Assembly (NCBI GenBank): GCA_965200155.1
Contig: CBDATR010000024.1
Location: forward strand, 224,001-288,000
Direction of reading: 5' to 3'
DNA: 64,000 nt
Source: Nitrosopumilaceae archaeon
GTDB taxonomy: Archaea; Thermoproteota; Nitrososphaeria; Nitrososphaerales; Nitrosopumilaceae
Both the position numbers and the translations under genes were made by a program. Shown here piece after piece: positions 10,947-20,000 of the stretch (position 1 is its first letter; each line of letters opens with the position of its first letter). The notes under the pieces were generated by a model. That model was given only the letters and a program-made list of their open reading frames with translations, made no database searches and was not told where the DNA came from.

Positions 10947-12136
10947 AATTACTAACTGACATACTACATTATGCAGCTCTGGCCATCCTGCTGGGTGTGT
11001 GCGTTGCGTGGGTAGTATTGTTGCGTGGGATCATACGCTCGCACAAACTTACGCCACGCCTGAATAGTGGTGCTTTGTGTAGTGACACTCCCAAAGTATC
11101 GGTTATACTGCCTGCTAGAAACGAGGAGGATTATATCGGCAGGTGCCTACAGAGCTTGGGGGGCCAAGATTACCCAAATTACGAAATCATTGCAATTAAT
11201 GATTCCTCTCAAGATAATACCAAAGATATAATCCTACAACATGCCAAGACAAACTCTCGTATCATACTTGTTGATGCGAAACCTAAACCCGATGGATGGA
11301 TGGGCAAAAACTGGGCTTGCATGGAGGGGTACAGACGGGCCAGCGGTGAATTATTACTGTTCACAGATTCAGACACATCCTTCTCGACAGATATTATATC
11401 CAGTGCTGTACATCACCTCACTACAAATAATCTTGATGCCTTGACGGCTATTCCTAGAATACGGGCGCAGGACTTTTTGACACGTGTAACACTCCCAATG
11501 ATATCAGTATTCCTGCATACTCGATTCTCTGCATTACGTGTAAATGATCCAAAACAAAAGACAGGATACTTTTTTGGAAGTTTCTTTATCATGCCTCGTA
11601 CCATATATGATGCCGTAGGTACGCACACAGCCGTACGTCGTGAGATCATAGAGGATGGTGCCCTAGGGAGAATGGTTAAGGATATGGGTCTCAAACTAAT
11701 GATGGTCAGCGCCATTGATCGTATTGATGCAGTGTGGGCACGGGATGGTAATACATTATGGAATGCGCTAAAACGTCTCATGGTACCGCTCTCCTTACAG
11801 AGTACTTGGTTGGGTGTGGGGATATTGGCTGCGGTATCTTTTCTTTTGTTCGCGCCTTTTCCGTTGAGTGTATACTCCTTACTCTATGATGGGGCTCCAA
11901 TATGGTTACTGACTACATCTTCTGCAGCATCACTGATGATATTGTGCGGGGCTATGCTGGAATCTCGTATTTTGCGTATAGGTGTACTTAGCGCGCTAGC
12001 ATGTCCACTGGGCGGTGCCATGATTGTGGGGGGATTTCTGTCCGGACTGATTAGGGCAGGTTCACAGAATTCCGTATCGTGGAGAGGGCGCAGATATACG
12101 CTAAGGAATCATGCTCAGGCGCCACTTGACATATGA
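10937..12136 (+). CDS. GT2 family glycosyltransferase, membrane-bound
   Basis: SVILPARNEE, INDSSQD, GWMGK, FTDSD, IIEDG, WRGR. Confidence 0.9.
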   Translation: MLIELLTDILHYAALAILLGVCVAWVVLLRGIIRSHKLTPRLNSGALCSDTPKVSVILPARNEEDYIGRCLQSLGGQDYPNYEIIAINDSSQDNTKDIILQHAKTNSRIILVDAKPKPDGWMGKNWACMEGYRRASGELLLFTDSDTSFSTDIISSAVHHLTTNNLDALTAIPRIRAQDFLTRVTLPMISVFLHTRFSALRVNDPKQKTGYFFGSFFIMPRTIYDAVGTHTAVRREIIEDGALGRMVKDMGLKLMMVSAIDRIDAVWARDGNTLWNALKRLMVPLSLQSTWLGVGILAAVSFLLFAPFPLSVYSLLYDGAPIWLLTTSSAASLMILCGAMLESRILRIGVLSALACPLGGAMIVGGFLSGLIRAGSQNSVSWRGRRYTLRNHAQAPLDI

Positions 12137-12206
12137 AAAACTAGTGTTTTCTTTAGTCTGTATAATGTGACAAAAATTTTTAGTGTGAGTTATACGAACA
12201 TGGATC

Positions 12207-13328
12207 ATGCGTACTTCAATACTAAGCTTGATTGTGGGTATAGTGGTGGTTGGGGCAGTGATAACCGCGCTATACGTGCCCACTACATTGGAAACAGACC
12301 CTGTATCTGTGGATGTTCCTAATTACATTGCATTTGAGCCCGCTAGCGCTCAGGAGAATCTAACTCTTGTGGACATATTCCAAATGTCTGAATCCGGAAC
12401 GGTGCAAATAGTCACTTTGCGGAATGATACACTCAGTAATAATAGCGTAGGATCCGGCTTTGTGTTTGACAAGATGGGTCATATAGTAACAAATGCACAC
12501 GTAGTACGCGATAGCGTGTCCCTGGAGGTTACCTTTCTGGATGGCAGGTCATATGAGGCAGAGCTTGCCGGTGCAGATGAGCACACTGACTTGGCCGTGA
12601 TCAAGGTTGAGACGGATCCTGATCTACTTTCCCCCCTGCCCATTGGAGACTCTGGCATTCTACAAGTGGGCCAGGGGGTGGCTGCCATTGGCAATCCATT
12701 CGGACTGTCCGGTTCAATGACCGCGGGAATAGTTAGTCAGGTTGGGAGACTGCTTCCTGCAGGTCAGTCAAACTTTTCAATACCTGATGTGATACAGACC
12801 GACGCGGCCATCAATCCAGGCAACTCTGGCGGTCCCCTGTTAAATATGCGAGGTGAGGTCATTGGAGTGAACACGGCCATACAGACCGGTACTGGTGAGT
12901 TTGCTGGCGTGGGATTTGCCGTTCCCTCACAGACGGTTCTAAAAATAGTTCCTACCCTTATAGAGGATGGCGAGTATCAACATCCTTGGATTGGTGTGTC
13001 CGGGACAGATATAAGCCCCAGATTGGCAAATGTACTTAATCTTACGGACACCCGTGGATTTCATGTCGTGGCGGTCGTGGAGGACAGCCCCGCGCACAAG
13101 GCTGGCTTGCGTGGCTCCAACCAAACAGTGCAGTATGAGGGTGTAGTGTATGTTGTGGGTGGAGATGTGATAACAATGGTAGATGACGTTACTGTACGAA
13201 AAATCTCCGACATTTTGTTACATTTACAGCGCTCAAAGGCAGTTGGCGATGAAATACTAGTCCAGCTGTTACGGGATGGGAAAGCTTTGGAAAAAACCAT
13301 AATCCTAGAGAAACGTCCAGTCCCATGA
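12207..13328 (+). CDS. HtrA/DegP-like trypsin serine protease with PDZ domain
   Basis: TNAHVV, DLAVIK, IQTDAAINPGNSGGP, C-terminal PDZ. Confidence 0.95.
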   Translation: MRTSILSLIVGIVVVGAVITALYVPTTLETDPVSVDVPNYIAFEPASAQENLTLVDIFQMSESGTVQIVTLRNDTLSNNSVGSGFVFDKMGHIVTNAHVVRDSVSLEVTFLDGRSYEAELAGADEHTDLAVIKVETDPDLLSPLPIGDSGILQVGQGVAAIGNPFGLSGSMTAGIVSQVGRLLPAGQSNFSIPDVIQTDAAINPGNSGGPLLNMRGEVIGVNTAIQTGTGEFAGVGFAVPSQTVLKIVPTLIEDGEYQHPWIGVSGTDISPRLANVLNLTDTRGFHVVAVVEDSPAHKAGLRGSNQTVQYEGVVYVVGGDVITMVDDVTVRKISDILLHLQRSKAVGDEILVQLLRDGKALEKTIILEKRPVP

Positions 13329-13493
13329 AAAGTATGATAATTGCTTAGACCACTTTTCCATATATGCTGCCAAAGCAGAGACTAAATCCTGTTATTTCAC
13401 TACACAGTATAGGATTGGCAGGGACCATTTCCTACCGGTTTGCTTATGCTTGCTTACCGGATTGTGCCATGAAAACATATCTTAATCCGGAGC

Positions 13494-13508
13494 GACCTAA
13501 ACGGTTAC
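13494..13508. mobile_element. orphan end of IS66-type family 2 element
   Basis: GACCTAAACGGTTAC, identical to the MITE end at 31773-31787. Confidence 0.6.
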
Positions 13509-13873
13509 GTGCTATGATGCTCGCCTGTCTTTGTGTGTGTGCGGTTACCTTTCTTTGGGATCTGGTCCATAATCTTCGTACATGTCTTGAACTAATGCTT
13601 GGGCCCTGGGCTATTTGTGACGGCAGCGCCCTGCGACGCACGTCGCGCCCTCTCCTTCCGCGCATCATAATGCTTGGGCCCTGGGCTATTTGTGACGGCA
13701 GCGCCCGGTGGCCGCGCCGTTAAAGCGACATACTGGATTCCAATGCTTGGGCCCTGGGCTATTTGTGACGGCAGCGCCTCTTTCTGTCGCGATTCCTCTC
13801 TTTACCATGTCGCTTGTGCAGCCTGAACTACTGTGCGCCGGATCCTGAGCGGAATTACTTTTCGTACTATTGA
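13509..13873 (-). mobile_element. diverged IS481-like 5' fragment carrying a CRISPR-like insertion array
   Basis: Ends in TTACTTTTCGTACTATTGA like the other copies; HTH-coding segment ALPSQIAQGPSISSRHVRRLW. Confidence 0.7.
13594..13778. CRISPR. CRISPR-like mini-array: three identical 37-bp repeats with unique 38- and 36-bp spacers; non-canonical, repeat derived from IS sequence
   Basis: AATGCTTGGGCCCTGGGCTATTTGTGACGGCAGCGCC at 13594, 13669 and 13742. The repeat structure is certain; the CRISPR interpretation is inference and no cas gene is in the window. Confidence 0.5.
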
Positions 13874-13932
13874 CCAAGTGTAACTCACCATACTGGAATA
13901 GACCTAGAATGAGATAACTAGTCATGGAATGA

Positions 13933-14889
13933 TCAGTACTTGTCAAGACCAGTTGGTTCTGGTTGCAATGATGATTCCATTTCGAACTGTTCTGGTAGTT
14001 GGTCTATGATCCTGTCTGACGCTATTCCCACATAGACCAACCGCTCTATTATGGCGCGTACCATGTCACCATTCACGCCCTCTAGTGGATAATTCGTGAT
14101 GCCACTCTCTGCATTGGAACGATACTTGTATCTGTCAACGAACCATCCTACAGGCGTTCTACCATTGACTGAGTAATGGATTGTTGGTATGTTATCGTAT
14201 ACTAACACGTTATCCAGTAGTAGTTTGGATTGATCAACTATTCCCTTTGGTCCGGGACCGTCATTGGGTTTCTTACCAAAGGCTATTTTTTCGGGAGCGT
14301 CAGGTATTGGAACCAGCGACTCGCCCAGATTGTAACGGGGGCCGGTCTCATAATTGAGATGCAAGTCAGCTAGCTGTCTACCTGCTTTCATGAATGAGTG
14401 GAAATCGGGCGCCATGGGCATGTTTGGAAAACCGCGAACGAGGAATACCTGGTACTTGGTACGATAGCCGGGGTGGTGTAGAATCCCATACGTATAGTAG
14501 AATATATCCTCCTTCGTTATAGCATCATCATGGTATCGGTTCTGGTATTGTTTCAGCGCCCAGTCTGTAATGTTATCATTCATTTCGTCACCATCATTGT
14601 TGTTATTTTGTTTCTTTACTTTCATGGGAAAGCACTGGGACGGTGCAATGTTGTTGAGATCCGGCGTCATTCCCGTTATGAATACTGAGAACTCGCCCTT
14701 GATCTTGTTGGGTACTATTATCGCCAGGTTCTCGTATGGTGGACTGGTGGACTTACCTTGTGGGTGTTCTCATTATTTTTGTTCTTTGTACGCAAGGGTA
14801 AACAACGAGATGTTTCATGTACATGGATGTCCGGTGTTATATCGGTGACTAATGTTGAGAATTCACCCTTTATTTTATTAGGTACCAAG
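13933..14889 (-). pseudogene. second, 5'-less copy of the Type ISP enzyme C-terminus with two variant ~40-aa modules
   Basis: ORF 13933-14670 is nearly identical to 16162-16830; upstream modules VPNKIKGEFSTLVTDITPD and IIVPNKIKGEFSVFITGMTPD. Confidence 0.8.
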
Positions 14890-14958
14890 GGGACTCTTAA
14901 AGAAGAGTCCAACAAGGACTGTCATCAAATCGTACTATAACCGGATACACCCTGGCCA

Positions 14959-15369
14959 TTATATCCCACCTGCATATTTAGGGTGAAATGCCGGAATTCC
15001 CACCATGGTGGCCACCTTAAGCATTCCCCGATCAAGCGTAATCAGGCCAATTCCATGTATGCGGCACGTGGCCAGAATGCGGTGATCACCATTATGTGCA
15101 TAGTGATACTGGTTACGTAGCATTTGGGCGGTATCCTCAAGATCTGTGGGATCCGATATTATGCCGACGCGTCTCTCAGCAAATATCTTGTGCAGGCTAC
15201 CAAGAATTGCATCAACTGTCAGGTTATGTACCCGTCTGAGCTCCCATAATACTTGGCGACACAGCACTATCTTATATTGCTTGCCCTTAAGCTTGTCTCG
15301 CAGTTTACTGACGACCGAGGCGCCCTCCATTATGCCTATTACAACGCATGTGTCAACGGCTATTTTCAT
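14959..15369 (-). CDS. PIN-domain (VapC-like) protein
   Basis: IAVDTCV..VLWEL..GDHRILATC..LITLDRG acidic PIN pattern. Confidence 0.8.
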   Translation of the reverse strand: MKIAVDTCVVIGIMEGASVVSKLRDKLKGKQYKIVLCRQVLWELRRVHNLTVDAILGSLHKIFAERRVGIISDPTDLEDTAQMLRNQYHYAHNGDHRILATCRIHGIGLITLDRGMLKVATMVGIPAFHPKYAGGI

Positions 15370-15754
15370 GATAATGGTATGCTAATATAGTTATTATTGA
15401 TTACTTACATAGTATTGTTAGTATCCATAGTATTAATAATATAATAAATAATTAATATGTCCAGGCACACTCTTATCTGCTTCATTGTCTATATTGTGAC
15501 TTCTATTGACTTAAGTGCTTATTTTGAAAAATTTTCCATACAAACTTGGGCGGCTTAACGCGAATATTACAGCTATGTGATTCAAATTGACCCTGTGGGC
15601 ATGGACTTATGCACACGTGTTTAGATTGAAAATTTTTCAGGGCACTGATCCTATACAGACCTCTATTACACGCCCCCCTCCTTACTACTATGCTACACAC
15701 TTTGTGCATCTAACTGCTTAGTTCATTTGTATAACACCTATTATTTAGCTGCCG

Positions 15755-16015
15755 GCACGCCCCTGGGCTTCTTATGCTATTGATCATATGCCATATATCC
15801 ACACACGCCCCTGAGCTTATACTATTGACATGACCGCCCCTTATGCCACTGCTCCTTATGGCGCCCCCATATTTCCACACACGCCACTGCTCCTTATGAT
15901 CTCCATATGTCATGACGCCCCGCCCCTGGGCTTACATATCCGCCATGCTCCTTATGGCGCCCCGCCCCACTGTCACTGCTCCTTATGGCGCCCAGAATGC
16001 CGCGACTCCTTATGC
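15755..16015. repeat. degenerate iterated motifs CTCCTTATG(GCGCCC) and CGCCCCTG(G/A)GCTT
   Basis: CTCCTTATGGCGCCC at 15852, 15948 and 15979; shorter copies near 15890 and 16006. Confidence 0.65.
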
Positions 16016-16161
16016 CGGTTACCTAGTGAGTTAAATTTTCGAGGACAAGTGCCTTACTATAATACGGAACGCTTCAAAAGACTGATCATTCCAACTCATG
16101 TTAACACTATTCTCTATGTACTGACTTCTTAACAGCGCCCCATATGCGCTAGACGAATATT

Positions 16162-17079
16162 CTAGGGAATAGGCGCCTTGTAGTACTTGTCCAGGCCGGT
16201 TGGTTCTGGTTGCAATGATGATTCCATTTCGAACTGTTCTGGTAGTTGGTCTATGATCCTGTCTGACGCTATTCCCACATAGACCAACCGCTCTATTATG
16301 GCGCGTACCATGTCGCCATTCACGCCCTCTAGTGGATAATTCGTGATGCCACTCTCGGCATTGGAACGATACTTGTATCTATCAACGAACCATCCTACAG
16401 GCGTTCTACCATTGACTGAGTAATGGATTGTTGGCATATTATCGTATACTAACACGTTATCCAGTAGTAGTTTGGATTGATCAACTATTCCCTTTGGTCC
16501 GGGACCGTCATTAGGTTTCTTACCAAAGGCTATCTTCTTTGGAGCGTCAGGTATTGGAACCAGCGACTCGCCCAGGTTGTAACGGGGGCCGGTCTCATAA
16601 TTGAGATGCAAGTCAGCTAGCTGTCTACCTGCTTTCATGAATGAGTGGAAATCGGGTGCCATGGGTATGCTTGGTAAACCACGAACGAGAAATACCTGGT
16701 ACTTGGTACGATAGCCGGGGTGGTGTAGAATCCCATACGTATAGTAGAATATGTCTTCCTTTGTTATTGAATCATCATGGTATTGGTTCTGGTATTGTTT
16801 GAGCGCCCAGTCTGTAATGTTATCTTTCATGGAGTCATCGTCTCCTGTACTTTCAGTGGGAATACCTGACCATTTGGTACTACTTGTAGATCCGGTATCA
16901 TTCCCGTTATGAAGCAACTCCACTCGCCCTTGATCTTGTCGGATACTATTATCGCCAGATTTTCCTGTGTAATTACCTTCTCCGGTACAGGACCTAGATT
17001 TTGGTCTGCCTTTACATGGTGAGTGGTGAGTGGTGAGTGGTGAGTGGTGAGTGGTGAGTGGTGAGTGGTGAGTGGTGAG
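16162..17079 (-). CDS. C-terminal frame of the Type ISP enzyme, out of frame with the main ORF at the present repeat count
   Basis: KEDIFYYTYGILHHPGYR, GRQLADLHLNYE, YSVNGRTPVGWFVDRY. Codon-by-codon check shows the frame is open up to 17079, with TAA at 17080-17082. Confidence 0.75.
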   Translation of the reverse strand, partial: LTTHHSPLTTHHSPLTTHHSPCKGRPKSRSCTGEGNYTGKSGDNSIRQDQGRVELLHNGNDTGSTSSTKWSGIPTESTGDDDSMKDNITDWALKQYQNQYHDDSITKEDIFYYTYGILHHPGYRTKYQVFLVRGLPSIPMAPDFHSFMKAGRQLADLHLNYETGPRYNLGESLVPIPDAPKKIAFGKKPNDGPGPKGIVDQSKLLLDNVLVYDNMPTIHYSVNGRTPVGWFVDRYKYRSNAESGITNYPLEGVNGDMVRAIIERLVYVGIASDRIIDQLPEQFEMESSLQPEPTGLDKYYKAPIP

Positions 17080-20000
17080 TTACCTACCTCTTGTTCATTC
17101 TCTGCATTTTGTTTCTTTACTTTCATGGGGAAGCACTGGGATGCCTCGTGAATGTGTAAGTCCGGTGTGGTGTCTGTGACAAATGTTGAGAATTCACCTT
17201 TTATTTTGTCCGGTACCATGATGGACACGTTCTTGGTGTCTGGGCGTGGGTAGAATAAGGGTATACGGTATGTGCTGGTGATAAAAGTCGTATCAAAATA
17301 GAGATATTGTTTGAAAAATGGTCTATACAGAGACATTCTAATGTTGGTATCATGGAACATTAGTGGTTCATCTAGTTTCCGTATACTATTCTGAAGATCT
17401 TCATTCCATGCAACATATTTCTTATCCTTGTCAAAATTTTTCTTCAAGTCCTGCTTGGCACAATGTTCTATTGTTCTTCTCATATTCTCTTCCAGGTCTT
17501 GGGGCGATGCGTTGTATACCCAAACATCTCTGTGTGTTTTCAATCCGTTAGAGTACATATGAAATAGAGTATTGACTGTCTTACCACGTTTTCCCTCTTT
17601 ACTTCCCATTGAAGTCATGGAATCCCATCGTTCACTGGTATCACCACGCTGTTCCAACCAGTCATGATAACGGTCTGGTGTTATAATTTGCCAGTCTTGT
17701 ATTCCGGCGATGGAGCCATATTCTTTTATCTTTTCTAGTTTCTTATCCCTGTCCAGATAATCACCAATGTCGTGGTAGTGGATGGTGCAAGATTGTTTGG
17801 CCGGGTTCTTAACTAGTATGGTTATGGCTGTTGCCTCACGGGAGCCACCGCCAAACACATTGCCTGCCTCGCGCCTTCGTTGTTCTCCCTGTGTTTTTGC
17901 ATCACCTCGTAAATTGAAACAGTAGACATCCGTGAACTCCATTCCAAGACAGGCGCGTATGCCTGCTTCACTATTCCCAGTGATATATGCGGATGGTGTG
18001 ATTAAACCGATAACTCCGGAATCACCTATTCTTTCTGATACCCAGCGGAGGGCCTTGATGTAGGAGTTGTATAACCCTCTAGTGTTCCCTTTGGGCGCGT
18101 TTTTGATGTATGTCTTTGACACACTATCTCCCAGATACGGATGCGAGACATTCTTGTTATCCTCATTGGCCGTCTTCTGACCGCCACTATATGGCGGATT
18201 CCCCACTATGACATTGACGTAATCCATATTCTGCCGTTTCACCCTAGTCATGGCTTCCTCCAGGGAATCATCTGTAATCTTGATCTGCTTCTTACGCTGT
18301 TCGGAATCCAGCCTGTATGAGGGGCTCTGTGCGAATGTATCCAGGTATGATATCCCGCCAAATGGAACATACTCCCCGCTCTTTTTCTGGTATGATGCCT
18401 CAATATTGGACATGGCGACATAGAATGCCGGTAACATTATTTCATTCGCGTAAATATCATTCTGGTACTTGTCAGGTAGTGCATCATCACTGATCATCCC
18501 TCGCTCTATTAACTGGGCAAGGAATATCCCGGTACCGGTGAACGGGTCCAGCACCTTTACTGCTCTATCATTGAATGTTTTCCCAAACTCCGATTCTAGT
18601 ACATGAGAGACTGATGAAATAATGAAATTCACGATTTCGACTGGTGTGTGTACGATTCCATGTTTGTCCGCGGACTTTTTATCCGAGCCAATGAAGAATG
18701 CGTCATATATGGCGCGCAGGAAATCCTGCTTGGCATCCGGCTCCTTGAATAGTTCAATGTCTGCCTGTATGCCCGTATAGAATGCCTCGAACTGTTCTAG
18801 TTGTCCCTGTATGTTTAGTCGTTGCATGGTATTATCGAATGCTGATGCCACCGGGTTAGCATTCTTGGGGAACATTACATTGAATACTCTGGACATTACA
18901 GCATGCTGTGATAATGCACGAATGGTCTGCTCATATGTCAACGTGAATCCGACTATATGTTTCAGGTTCTCGTGTAATTGTTCAATGATGGGCGCAGTTT
19001 CCGGCTCAATTTTGATTCGCTGTTTCAGTTTGGTCTCTATTATTACGGCTTGCTCCCCTAGTCGCTTGCCCATGTTGGCGTGGTAACTGGCATCGCCAAG
19101 ACTCAGTATGACATTCTGTACATCCTTTAACAACTTGTCACTGAGTCCTGCCCCCAGTGTACGAATAATCCAGTCATTCAGTCTTGGTGGTATTTCTGAC
19201 GGATCCGGTGGCTCATGTTTACCACTCTTTCCCGACTTGGACAGTACATACTTGTTCAGTAGCTTTTGCAGTCCATCATCATGTGCTGTGATCGCACGTA
19301 ATATCTTGCTTATCTGCTCGTACCGTGTGTTCCTTTTCAACACATGATGTGGATCATCACCCTTCAAGACTGGGATGGGGACTATAACGTAACCTGTTTT
19401 CTTTCCCTCTGATTTTCGCATTACTCTACCAATACTTTGTATTATGTCGATGGGTGAGTTCTTGGGTTCCATGAATACAACGGCATCCAAGGCTGGAACG
19501 TCCACGCCCTCCTGCAAGCACCTGGCATTACTGAGTATACGAATCTCCTTTGGATCACTATCACTATTTCGTAACCAGTCTATCCGCGCTCCCCTGTCCA
19601 GCGAGTTGGTAGAACCATCAACATGCCTCGTTACAGTCTTGTAACCGTCCAGATCGGGATCAGTCTTTAGTAGTCTCTCGCTTAAATTATCAAAGCTTAA
19701 TGTTTCCTTCGTGATTTTATCAAGCTTGAGTGGTTTCTTTGCCTTGTCCATGTTCCTGCCATGATTGGAGAACAACTTTGACGCTTTTATGGTGTTGAAG
19801 AATACCATCACCCTCTGTAAGGGCCGGAATTCCTTAGTATCACCATCATATGTGATCGCCTTACAGATACTGTTCACTTTTGACATGTAGTCTATGTCCA
19901 TATCCTCGTAATCCTTGAGATCATCACCATGTTCCCTTGCAGCCTTGATGATTTCACCATACGCATCATTCTCATCAACCTCTGGTAGTATTATTTTGAA

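Noticed and set aside
13594-13778. Conventional CRISPR-Cas locus
   Set aside because: No cas genes or AT-rich leader; the repeat lacks a typical ATTGAAA(C/G) end and is IS coding sequence. Kept only as CRISPR-like.
13933-17240. Diversity-generating retroelement TR/VR pair
   Set aside because: No reverse transcriptase in the window, and the differences between modules are not confined to adenines.
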